DNA from: a candidate division WOR-3 bacterium
GTDB taxonomy: Bacteria; SDB-A
DNA: 64,000 nt
Direction: 5' to 3'
Assembly: GCA_016934535.1 (NCBI GenBank)
Contig: JAFGSQ010000016.1
Location: 70,685-134,684 of the forward strand
Both the position numbers and the translations under genes were made by a program. Positions 18,494 through 27,540 of the stretch are shown one piece after another. Position 1 is the stretch's first letter; each line of letters starts with the position of its first letter. The notes beneath the pieces are model-generated. The model was not told where the DNA came from. It made no database searches and saw only the letters and a program-made list of their open reading frames with translations.

Positions 18494-19669
18494 ATGAACT
18501 CACTGGTGCTTTTCGAGAAAGACAGAGACAATTTTTACCCCCTTTCCCTTTCAAGGCACGTATCGGATCTAATTACAGGTTATTTTACTTTTTCGGAGGG
18601 TTTCAGACGCCTGTACGATTTGTGCGAAATCACTTTATTATCTCCCGCTTACATGGAAGAACACCTCAGAGAATCTCATCCCGCTTTCCGAATTAACGAA
18701 GAACAGCAGTATTCCCTATATCTTCGCGCCTCTATTTTGCCCGAAAAAAAAATTAAAAAACAAATATCGTTGGACGGACCCGAAGAAGCCTTCACCTGCG
18801 AAGGAAGTGTTATCGGATTCAGAGGATCCCCTGACACTGCAAAAATGTTTTTTAAGGAAGGCTTGACCCCCAAAAACATGCCTGTCAGGGAAGTTGAAGC
18901 GCAGGTTTTCAATAGCGTGTGTGATATCGTCGAAGGCAATGCTTTGTCGCTTGAAAGAAATTTTACACGCGGAGCTCTGAACGGCGAGATAGCAGGAACG
19001 GCTAAACTCATATCGCCCGAAAAGATATTTGTCGGCGCAAATTCGACAGTTGAAGATTATGTTCTTATCGACGCGAGGAAAGGTCCCGTTCACATAAGCG
19101 AAGGAGTAGAAATTAAATCCCACAGCGTTGTGGCCGGTCCGGTTTACATAGGACATGGTACTCTTGTAAAACCATTCACTCACATACTCAACGGATGCAG
19201 TTTCGGTCCTCAGTGCAGACTGAGCGGAGAAATATCAAAATCGCTGTTTATCGGATACTCAAACAAACAGCACTCCGGTTTTTTGGGCAATTCATACGTT
19301 GGAGAGTGGGTCAATTTCGGAGCCGGAACGACAAACTCAAACCTCAAGAATAACTATTCCGAGATCACCGTGCATTATAAAGGTGAATTTCACCGGACAG
19401 GAATGACTTTTTTGGGCCTGCTCTGCGGAGACCACGTCAAAACAGCCATTGGCACTCTCTTCAACACAGGAACGACTGTAGGCTTGGGCGCCAACATCTT
19501 CAAACCAGGTTTGACGGATAAATGTATTCCATCTTTAAGCTGGGGACCCGGAGAAAAGTATTCATTTGACAAATTCCTGAAAACAGCTGAAACCGTCATG
19601 TCGAGGAGAGAAAGAAAATTGACGGATTCATACGGAGAAATGCTCGAACACATATTCATAAATTCATGA
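18494..19669 (+). CDS. hexapeptide-repeat (left-handed beta-helix) protein with a degenerate N-terminal nucleotidyltransferase-like domain; GlmU-like, possibly acetyltransferase
   Basis: The C-terminal third has hexapeptide repeats (GEWVNFGAGTTNSN...GLGANI). The N-terminus is a diverged sugar-nucleotidyltransferase fold lacking the GxGxR motif. It is translationally coupled to the PAP2 gene (ATGA). Confidence 0.6.
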   Translation: MNSLVLFEKDRDNFYPLSLSRHVSDLITGYFTFSEGFRRLYDLCEITLLSPAYMEEHLRESHPAFRINEEQQYSLYLRASILPEKKIKKQISLDGPEEAFTCEGSVIGFRGSPDTAKMFFKEGLTPKNMPVREVEAQVFNSVCDIVEGNALSLERNFTRGALNGEIAGTAKLISPEKIFVGANSTVEDYVLIDARKGPVHISEGVEIKSHSVVAGPVYIGHGTLVKPFTHILNGCSFGPQCRLSGEISKSLFIGYSNKQHSGFLGNSYVGEWVNFGAGTTNSNLKNNYSEITVHYKGEFHRTGMTFLGLLCGDHVKTAIGTLFNTGTTVGLGANIFKPGLTDKCIPSLSWGPGEKYSFDKFLKTAETVMSRRERKLTDSYGEMLEHIFINS

Positions 19670-20202
19670 AAATCCTTCTCCTGTCTTTTTTTTTTCTTTT
19701 TTGTTTTAACAGTTTGTGTTCATTCGACCCTGACCGTCGGGTAACCGAAACCGTAAGAAACAAACTCTCTTCTCCCTTGTCTCAAAATTTAATGGAATAT
19801 ACTACAAAACTCGGGGACGGCAGGACAGTTCTTCTAACTTCCACAGTCATGTCTTTTGGTGATGAAAAAATGAGAAGGTGCGGCGAGCTTTCGATGGCAT
19901 CTTTCGCCGTTTCCGGAATACTTACCGTCGGCATAAAATACGCTGTGAACAGACAAAGACCCAACGGCGGCACCAGCTCTTTCCCATCGGGTCATACTTC
20001 CACCGCTTTTTCCTGGGCCGCGGTTGTTTCCAGCGAATATCCTCAATACAGTATTCCGGTTTTCGCAGTCGCCGGATTAGTTGGTGTTTCGAGAATAGCT
20101 TTGGATAAGCACTGGACTTCCGATGTAATCGCAGGAGCAGTCATAGGATATTTTTCGGGTTTGTTTATCGAAAAGATTTCCTGCTGGATAACGGATTATT
20201 GA
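19666..20202 (+). CDS. PAP2-family phosphatase (membrane)
   Basis: It has the three PAP2 motifs: KYAVNRQRP, PSGHTS and SRIALDKHWTSD. Confidence 0.8.
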   Translation: MKILLLSFFFLFCFNSLCSFDPDRRVTETVRNKLSSPLSQNLMEYTTKLGDGRTVLLTSTVMSFGDEKMRRCGELSMASFAVSGILTVGIKYAVNRQRPNGGTSSFPSGHTSTAFSWAAVVSSEYPQYSIPVFAVAGLVGVSRIALDKHWTSDVIAGAVIGYFSGLFIEKISCWITDY

Positions 20203-21041
20203 AAAACCTCGCATATAAAAAATTCCTGCCTTATTTAATTGTAACAAGGCCGTTAAACCTTGTCATAATCGCCGCAGCAGTTTATTTGGGATTTGCAGTC
20301 ACTTCTAACGCTTTTGTGCCTTCTGTCCGCCAAACAATTTTATTCGTGCCAATTATCCTTCTAGCCGCCGCGGGATACTGCATCAACGATGTTCTTGACA
20401 TGAAAGAAGACAAAATCAACAAACCTGATCGAGTTCTCGTCAGAAAAGCCGTGTCTAAAAAGACTTGCACTATTTACGCCCTGGTACTTACAGCTTTTTC
20501 TGTTGCTATTTCTCTTCATGATATGACTCTTGCTGTCGTAAACACCACTTTGATAGTCTTCGTTCTAGCGTACAATTTTTTTCTTAAAAAAACACCCCTC
20601 GCAGGAAACTTTACGACGGCAATTCTTTCATCTTTCCCCGTAATTTGGGGAAGTTATATTGGAGGTACTGTAAATCTCGACATTATATATATCGCTGTCC
20701 TCGCCTTTATCCTTCACTTTACCCGTGAAATAGTAAAGGACATTGAAGATATCAAAGGAGACTCACTCGCAGGTAAAAACACAACGGCGGTCTTTTTCGG
20801 AGCAAAAATATCGGTTTTGCTCGCTTCTTTTCTGATTTTATTATCCTGTGTAATGGCGATTTTTGTTTTTACATATCTTTTTAGAATATCTGTCTGCTCA
20901 ACTTTTTCTTCCGCAATTGTTACTTTATCATTGATGTTCAGTTTGTTTGCTTTGTTGAGGGCAAAATTTCCGATTGCTTCAAAATCCATCAGAATCTCAA
21001 TGATTCTGTGTGTCTTCTGTCTGTTTTTCCTCTACTTATAA
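20199..21041 (+). CDS. UbiA-family integral membrane prenyltransferase (TTG start overlapping the PAP2 stop)
   Basis: It has the NDVLDMKEDKINKPDR Asp-rich motif (NDxxDxxxD) and a second D-rich motif (KDIEDIKGD). It is about 280 aa with 8-9 TM segments. Confidence 0.8.
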   Translation: MKNLAYKKFLPYLIVTRPLNLVIIAAAVYLGFAVTSNAFVPSVRQTILFVPIILLAAAGYCINDVLDMKEDKINKPDRVLVRKAVSKKTCTIYALVLTAFSVAISLHDMTLAVVNTTLIVFVLAYNFFLKKTPLAGNFTTAILSSFPVIWGSYIGGTVNLDIIYIAVLAFILHFTREIVKDIEDIKGDSLAGKNTTAVFFGAKISVLLASFLILLSCVMAIFVFTYLFRISVCSTFSSAIVTLSLMFSLFALLRAKFPIASKSIRISMILCVFCLFFLYL

Positions 21042-21047
21042 AAAAAA

Positions 21048-21067
21048 GGGACCGGATACCCGGTCCC
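21048..21067 (-). terminator. rho-independent terminator for the minus-strand three-lipoprotein operon
   Basis: A perfect hairpin (GGGACCGG-atac-CCGGTCCC) is flanked by an A8 run on the plus strand, which is a U8 run on the minus-strand transcript, directly after the stop of the 21089..22699 gene. Confidence 0.55.
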
Positions 21068-21088
21068 TGTAAACCCTAAAAGGATAAT

Positions 21089-22699
21089 TTACAAACCGAA
21101 CCAAACAAGCACTGCGTCGTAAATAGAAGCGATAGGTTCGTAATTAACCGCATCCCACTGCATGACTCTTCCTCCAAAACTAAAGGAAACAGATTTTATA
21201 TCCATCGACGGATTAGAATGAAAAACTCCAATCGGAGTTTCAGTCCATGGAACAGGTCCTATCCATTTGTAGATAACTGTAATATTTGGATCGGAAGTTC
21301 TTAGGTTTTCAACATAAGCTAATGCTGGATATACAGGTGGAATGTTATGAGTCATTTCAACATATAAAGTGTCCTGAGGAAGTCCGTATGTCGAAGCATA
21401 ACTGCTTGGAGCTGCTCCATCGAGTACCCAGTTTCCTGAACAATTCGTATAATATTCAACTCCCAGATATTTTTTTACAATAGTACCGCCAATACCGAAA
21501 GTATCAAGCTGATTAAAGAAATTCAAACCAAATGTCCACAACCTTCCACCGCAGTTAAGATAATCTTCAAGCGCCAGAGTATCTCTCGAAAAACCTGAAA
21601 TAAATGTACTCGGATCGTCGCGTACATAAATAACAAGCTTGGCGTTTTTGAGACTGTCTTTGGGTAAGACTCCACTATTTCTGTTAATGAATCTCACAGT
21701 TGTGTTGGGTCTTATTGTGTTGAAAAGGTCCACGTACCAGTTAAGATTATTATAAGTTTGGGTTGTTGCCATCAAAACGAGTATTTCTCCAGCATCAAGA
21801 TTCGGATTTATTGTTCTGAACGCTAAAGAATCTACGTTGCTTTGGACATGGGATGCATTTCTGCCCTGTAAATAAAAAACGTGCAATCCATCATTCAGGT
21901 TCTGGGTCACTGTAATAAACGAATCACCTGCTGTGTTCGGATTCATATCGGTCCATTCTGACCAGATGTCATTATCAATTTTATATCTATACCCGATAGG
22001 CATGTTCCATTCTGGATTGAGCGTATCAATTCTACTCCACCAGAACTGCAGGCCTTTCCATGACGGTGTGCTGTGATCAAGATAAAACATTACCGGTGTG
22101 TCTGTTTTGAACCAAAAATATGGCCTTGTTTCATCGTAATATTTTAGCAGACCAGAGTTTAAATCGTTTGCCATAGTGTCCGGTGGTACAATTTCTATCA
22201 CCGGTTTTTCACTATAAACACTCCATCCTCTTTGAGCTGGCATCGGATCTCTCATACCTTCGTCGTCGACAGCTCTGACGTAAAAATATCCCCTAAAATG
22301 CCATATCTCTCGGACATCGTAAAATGTGTCCGGTACTATTATTACCGTGTCAACAATTGTGTCGAGTACAATTAGCGAATCCGGGACATCGTCGACCGTA
22401 AGTTTCATCGTGTCGCTCGAAGCGAAAATCGAGTCCCAGCCTGTAATTTGGGAAGGATTGACTGAATCTCCTGACACAAACCATTCGTAATAAGCAACAA
22501 CTCCGTCTTCGTCTGTACCGTACCAATAAACCAGAGAAACAGCATTTATAGTGTCTATTCCGGGCGGTACATTGACGATGTAAGTTTCGGGCGGTTTGTT
22601 CTGATTAAGAGATCCAGTTGGGGCTGTGCTGCAACCCAACCAGAGTCCGGCGGCCAAAGCGGCCAGGACGAATAAAGTAGCAATAGTTGTTTTTCTCAT
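21089..22699 (-). CDS. large hypothetical lipoprotein (third gene of the three-lipoprotein operon)
   Basis: It has a lipobox (LWLGCS), is 536 aa and is rich in W/Y/N/D. I recognise no family. Confidence 0.55.
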   Translation of the reverse strand: MRKTTIATLFVLAALAAGLWLGCSTAPTGSLNQNKPPETYIVNVPPGIDTINAVSLVYWYGTDEDGVVAYYEWFVSGDSVNPSQITGWDSIFASSDTMKLTVDDVPDSLIVLDTIVDTVIIVPDTFYDVREIWHFRGYFYVRAVDDEGMRDPMPAQRGWSVYSEKPVIEIVPPDTMANDLNSGLLKYYDETRPYFWFKTDTPVMFYLDHSTPSWKGLQFWWSRIDTLNPEWNMPIGYRYKIDNDIWSEWTDMNPNTAGDSFITVTQNLNDGLHVFYLQGRNASHVQSNVDSLAFRTINPNLDAGEILVLMATTQTYNNLNWYVDLFNTIRPNTTVRFINRNSGVLPKDSLKNAKLVIYVRDDPSTFISGFSRDTLALEDYLNCGGRLWTFGLNFFNQLDTFGIGGTIVKKYLGVEYYTNCSGNWVLDGAAPSSYASTYGLPQDTLYVEMTHNIPPVYPALAYVENLRTSDPNITVIYKWIGPVPWTETPIGVFHSNPSMDIKSVSFSFGGRVMQWDAVNYEPIASIYDAVLVWFGL

Positions 22700-22714
22700 T
22701 TTCCCCCTCCTCGA

Positions 22715-23719
22715 TTACGGAGCCGCAAAATAATAAATCGAAGTGTGAAGAGCTATTCCGATAGCGGCCTGATACTGCGTTGACACATCGATGTATCCTC
22801 TTCTGCCCGACGGAGTGTGTCTTTGGAACCTTATTTCATAAACGTTGTTCTGTGCTCCTCTTATTTCGTCCATGATTCCCCAGACGCTCCCCATTGAAAG
22901 CTGATACTGATAATAGGCATCGGTGCCGAGAGACAACTGTTCGATGTTAGCCGTGTCGGGATTGTCACTGAACTTCAGAAAATATATCGGAACTCCTGCG
23001 GCGTTCGCGGCGTTTATCACAGCCTGTCTGTCTAATGGATCCTCATTATTAACACCGTCACCAAAAACTACTATACCTTTGTTTCCGCTCTGCCCCTGAA
23101 TCTCAGTTATCGCTCTATTTACGCCCCTGAACATTGCACTTCTCCCCCAATAGCTCGGGAAATCGGCTCCGGCTTCAAGAATCGTTATCGATTTCGTGAA
23201 ATCGGTTATGAGTGTGTCATAACTGTGGAATCCGATGATTGCTATGGAATCTCTGGGATCTTTCCAGTTTATGAAACGTTTGATGTATGTTGTTATGGTT
23301 GCATCGTAGGAGGCGACTGACGAAGACATGCTTCTCACAAGAACAATTGAATTGTAATCGTTTCCGCCAGTAGTGTTCAGCGTCCTCATAGTCATATCAT
23401 TGAAGAGAACGGCGTTAGTGTCTATGCTGCCGTCAGGTCTGTAAGACATTTCACGGACAGTGAAATTCGCTTTGTTGAGATTTTCGACGGATATATTTTC
23501 CTGCGTCTTAACGCTCACTCTCACTATTACGTCACCGCCCGAAAACTCGATGCCGAGAATCGAAGTTGTAATGCCTGTAGTCGAGCTGTCGTCTCTGTTT
23601 ATATAAGGAGGAATTGTTGGCGGTTGATCGATAACGCTTTTCGAGCAACCGGCGAAAACAGTCAAAAGCGAAATCAGAAACGTCAGAGATGTAAAAATTG
23701 TTCTGCCATTTATTTTCAT
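22715..23719 (-). CDS. lipoprotein with a vWA-like domain (degenerate MIDAS)
   Basis: It has a lipobox (FAGCS). The vWA-like alternation of strand and helix motifs is present (IVLVRSMSSS, IAIIGF, IVVFGDGVNN, VPIYFLKF), but the DxSxS Asp is replaced by Arg. Confidence 0.45.
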   Translation of the reverse strand: MKINGRTIFTSLTFLISLLTVFAGCSKSVIDQPPTIPPYINRDDSSTTGITTSILGIEFSGGDVIVRVSVKTQENISVENLNKANFTVREMSYRPDGSIDTNAVLFNDMTMRTLNTTGGNDYNSIVLVRSMSSSVASYDATITTYIKRFINWKDPRDSIAIIGFHSYDTLITDFTKSITILEAGADFPSYWGRSAMFRGVNRAITEIQGQSGNKGIVVFGDGVNNEDPLDRQAVINAANAAGVPIYFLKFSDNPDTANIEQLSLGTDAYYQYQLSMGSVWGIMDEIRGAQNNVYEIRFQRHTPSGRRGYIDVSTQYQAAIGIALHTSIYYFAAP

Positions 23720-23732
23720 CTGGTCCTCCGTA

Positions 23733-24677
23733 TTAATACACGTATCTGAGTTTGGGAACGGGTTGATAGTTCCAGCGGAAATAAATCACGGCTGAATCCA
23801 AATCACTTGCCGGAGGAGACATATATATGCTGTCTACGCTGATCTTCAGATACCGTTGCATCGTGCTCTGCAACCAAACAATGTCTCCCATGACGATAGG
23901 AGTTGTATACAAATACTGGTCTCCTATCGGAGCTATCCTAAGCTCAGCCCAGCTGGAATCAGAACCGACATTATAAATACCTGCTTGTTTTCCTCCGGAA
24001 AACGGCGGATTGAATGCGGAATTTATCTGAAGGAATGCGAGGGCTGTATCGGTTACAATAGTTGTATCGTAAACCCATAAAGTGTCAATGAATGTAGAGT
24101 CTATTATGAAAACGGTAGTGTCTATTCTGTCCAACGAGTCGCACGGATCGTACAGGTACACTTCGGCAATTGAGTGTAGCTGGGAATTTCCGAAACCGAT
24201 GACTTCAAATGTATTTTCATCCCATATCGCGGCAAAATTTCCGTTGAGTCCGTATGCGACCATGTGGGAAGAACCGGATTTTGTAGTTGTGCTGACCCTG
24301 CCGACTGTATCTGCGGACCAGACATTCCCGCTGCTCTCTCTCGAAAAAAGGACAGTATACGTACCAAGCTGTTGTGCGTCGTTGAGCGTCCAGCTGTTGA
24401 AATAAGTTGTGTCGCCGCTGACGACTTCGTATGCCGGGAATACAGTGTCTATAGTGTTCCCGAAAATTACTCTGTATCTTCTCGCCTGGGTTATTATGTC
24501 CCATGTGAATTTGACGCCTAGACCGTCGGTAGTAGTGCCCTGAGCGGCAAAATGGTAATCAATCACTATGGTGCCTTCGTGTCGCTTCCCTTCGTCCAAA
24601 GGAATAGTCGAACATCCCACGAATATGAACATCACCAGGAAAACGGCAGATAGTATAAACCCCGTTTTTCTAACCAT
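23733..24677 (-). CDS. hypothetical lipoprotein (first gene of the three-lipoprotein operon)
   Basis: It has a lipobox (FVGCS). I recognise no family. Confidence 0.5.
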   Translation of the reverse strand: MVRKTGFILSAVFLVMFIFVGCSTIPLDEGKRHEGTIVIDYHFAAQGTTTDGLGVKFTWDIITQARRYRVIFGNTIDTVFPAYEVVSGDTTYFNSWTLNDAQQLGTYTVLFSRESSGNVWSADTVGRVSTTTKSGSSHMVAYGLNGNFAAIWDENTFEVIGFGNSQLHSIAEVYLYDPCDSLDRIDTTVFIIDSTFIDTLWVYDTTIVTDTALAFLQINSAFNPPFSGGKQAGIYNVGSDSSWAELRIAPIGDQYLYTTPIVMGDIVWLQSTMQRYLKISVDSIYMSPPASDLDSAVIYFRWNYQPVPKLRYVY

Positions 24678-24856
24678 CAGCTTCCCTCCTTCCTGAAAGG
24701 CATACTATATGTTTTGAAACTCAAAATCATTTAATTAGTAAAATTATCAGCTGGTTCAACCAAAGTCAACATAAATTTGACCTTTAAAATGACAGTCTAA
24801 TCAATATTTATGAAATCTTTGTTGTTGGTTGATATTTACCGTGATAAAACATACGC

Positions 24857-25603
24857 ATGAAAATCAGCCTCGTCATACCCGTGTTCAATGAAACATCCAT
24901 CCTGAGAAGGACTCACCGTTCCGTGAAAGCCTTTTTAGATGATTTCGGACCCGGAGAAGCGGAAGGTATTTACGTCGACGACGGCAGTTCCGACGGATCA
25001 TTCGAAGTGCTCGAAAAACTTTGCCTGGGCTCTTCTCAGGTGTTCAAGCTGGTTCGGCATCATGTTAATTGCGGCCAGCACTGCGCCGTTCTCACGGGCA
25101 TGAGACGTTCCACCGGAGACCTTGTTCTCACTGCCGATGCAGACCTTCAGACTCCTCTTTGGAATTTTCAAACCCTATTGAATGCCATGGAAAGCGGAGA
25201 TTCCGTAATCTCGGGAATTAGAATAGACAGGACAGATCCGCTTCCTAGGAAAATCATTTCATTTTTTCTAAACGCTCAGCTTTCTTTCCTGTTCAGAAAC
25301 CGCATAAAAGACATCGGCTCGATGTTCAAGTGCTACCGGAAAAATGCCGTCCAAGATATTTTGAAAAATTCAAACAAAAACACTTTTGTGCCGGCTCTTG
25401 CTATGAAACTTGGATACACGATTAAAGAAGTTCCTGTCCGGCAGGAATCTCCCGTGAGAAAATCGCGATACGATTTGGCGAGACTGTCCAGGCTCTATCT
25501 CAGACTCGCTGTCGAAGTAGGATTACCGTGTCATTTGCTGATTTTTGCTTTTTCAGTTTTTATTATAATCTTTTTTGCGGAATTGGTTATCATGCTATTT
25601 TAA
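24857..25603 (+). CDS. GT2 polyprenyl-phosphate glycosyltransferase (GtrB/ArnC/Dpm1-like)
   Basis: It has the motifs VIPVFNE, DDGSSDGS and DADLQTP that are diagnostic of polyprenol-P sugar synthases, plus a C-terminal TM anchor. Confidence 0.8.
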   Translation: MKISLVIPVFNETSILRRTHRSVKAFLDDFGPGEAEGIYVDDGSSDGSFEVLEKLCLGSSQVFKLVRHHVNCGQHCAVLTGMRRSTGDLVLTADADLQTPLWNFQTLLNAMESGDSVISGIRIDRTDPLPRKIISFFLNAQLSFLFRNRIKDIGSMFKCYRKNAVQDILKNSNKNTFVPALAMKLGYTIKEVPVRQESPVRKSRYDLARLSRLYLRLAVEVGLPCHLLIFAFSVFIIIFFAELVIMLF

Positions 25604-25695
25604 AGAATTCTTAATATATATTGTTATGATTTTGGTCCGGTATACTATATGTCCTTTAATAATCAGTTCAATTAAATCGAAACTCAGGGGGCGGC

Positions 25696-27540
25696 GTGCG
25701 ATTTGATAAAAAATACGGATTTTTGCTTTCGTTTCTTTTTTTTATGTTGCTGAACGCGACTTTTTACCTGGCCACTGTAGCTCCGGGTCTGACGTTCATT
25801 GATTCCGGAGAACTTACCGCCTGCGGAGCGCTTTACGGCATTCCTCACCCGACGGGATATCCGCTATATTCGCTTTTTGTCAGAATTTTCATCTCTTTGA
25901 CTTCCGTTTTCAAAGTTGAAGCGGATATTGCTTCAAATCTGTTTTCGGTCCTCTGCGCCTGCCTGGCGGGCGCAGTTTTGTCTTCATCCCTGCATAGAAA
26001 AACCGGTTTTATTCCGGCCCTGATTTTAGACATTCTCCTTTGCTTTCATCCGATCGTGTGGTCGGCGGCTACAGAAACTGAGGTTTACGCTCTTACTCTC
26101 CTTCTTTCATCAACGCTTCTCGCCGTATTTTTGAACACTCCGAAAAAGAAATACTATCTTTCTTTCTCTTTACTTCTATCTTACATGTGCGGACTTTTTT
26201 TGGGAAATCATCTCATGATAGCCGGATTTGTATTACCTCTGCTCTTTTATTCAGCCCTGAGGCTCCAGAGAAAAAAAAGATTTTTCGCCTTTTTCGCCAT
26301 TGTCGCCGCTGCAGCAGGCGCCAGCATATATTTGACAATCTACTACAGGTCTATGTGCCCACCGCCCCTGGATTGGGGCGGGACTTCGCGAGGATTCACC
26401 CAGCTTTTTTATCACGTGACCGGAAAGCAATATCAGGTCTGGATGTTTTCAAAGGGTGCCCTCGGTTTCTTGTCCGCTCTTTCAAATCTTCTTAAATTTA
26501 TTTTCATAAATCCGTTCGCGCCTCTTTATCTTCTCGCAGTCCCCGGGATCATGCACCTTTACAGAAAAAACAGGCCTTTACTGTTCATTCTGCTGGCGTG
26601 CTTCGGTCTCAACCTTGCCTACGCTTCCTCATACAGCATACCGGACATATCAAGCTATATGATTCCTTCAGTAACGGTCATAGCGGTTCTCTGTGCTTTC
26701 GGATCATTTTGGCTTTTTTCAAAAAAATCCGCTCGGTTTTTTATCGCGGTGGTTTTGATCCTCGCCGTTTTTCCGATGTACAACGGATTCAGAAAAGAAG
26801 ACAAAACAGGTCTTTTTCTCGCCGAGGACTACGCTCTTTCCATACTCTCTTTTCTTCCGGAATCGTCGGTTTATCTCGTAAACTCCCCCGGGGCTCTCGC
26901 CTGGGAGGAAGTATCTCCGATCATATACTTTCAAAGCATTAAAATGCACAGAACAGACGTCACGGTAATCGACAAAGAACTTTTGCGGAGGTCGTGGTAT
27001 GTGATTTGGATAAACTCTGAAAATCCTGATCTTGCGGAATCATGGCCGAATGAGTACAACAGTTTCCTGCTTCTTCTGACCGCCTGGGAGAAAGGAGACG
27101 AAGTGGACACAGGCTCTCTTCAGAATGCTTTTGAAAATTTGATTTTTGCCCTTTACAGATACGGAAAAAGCCGTGGCGGATTTTTCATTTCCAATCCGCC
27201 TTCCGGAAAGTTCACGGCACATCCCGATCATGACCTGAGAAAATTATCCGAAGTCTCGTTTTTGCCTTACGGTTTTTTCTTCACGGACGACAGCTCGGCA
27301 GATGACTCGCATATTTGGAAATCACTGACCTTGAGGCCTGTTCCCGGAAATTTGTCCCGTAACGAAAGAGTCCTCATGATAACGGGAAACATCAAACAAT
27401 CCGCCTGGAGAAAGGTTTACAGAATCAATATGGAAAGCGGAGGGAAGTTCACTGAGAAGTCACTTCCCTACATCGAATTCATTATCAAGCTTGATCCGGA
27501 GGATACTCTGGCGTCTGGAATCATGAATCGGTTTTACTGA
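25696..27540 (+). CDS. DUF2723 / TMEM260-like polytopic membrane protein (GT-C fold, putative polyprenyl-P-sugar-dependent glycosyltransferase)
   Basis: The N-terminus (FIDSGELTACGALYGIPHPTGYPLYSL) is characteristic of DUF2723. It has about 11 TM helices followed by a soluble C-terminal domain of about 200 aa. Confidence 0.7.
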   Translation: MRFDKKYGFLLSFLFFMLLNATFYLATVAPGLTFIDSGELTACGALYGIPHPTGYPLYSLFVRIFISLTSVFKVEADIASNLFSVLCACLAGAVLSSSLHRKTGFIPALILDILLCFHPIVWSAATETEVYALTLLLSSTLLAVFLNTPKKKYYLSFSLLLSYMCGLFLGNHLMIAGFVLPLLFYSALRLQRKKRFFAFFAIVAAAAGASIYLTIYYRSMCPPPLDWGGTSRGFTQLFYHVTGKQYQVWMFSKGALGFLSALSNLLKFIFINPFAPLYLLAVPGIMHLYRKNRPLLFILLACFGLNLAYASSYSIPDISSYMIPSVTVIAVLCAFGSFWLFSKKSARFFIAVVLILAVFPMYNGFRKEDKTGLFLAEDYALSILSFLPESSVYLVNSPGALAWEEVSPIIYFQSIKMHRTDVTVIDKELLRRSWYVIWINSENPDLAESWPNEYNSFLLLLTAWEKGDEVDTGSLQNAFENLIFALYRYGKSRGGFFISNPPSGKFTAHPDHDLRKLSEVSFLPYGFFFTDDSSADDSHIWKSLTLRPVPGNLSRNERVLMITGNIKQSAWRKVYRINMESGGKFTEKSLPYIEFIIKLDPEDTLASGIMNRFY

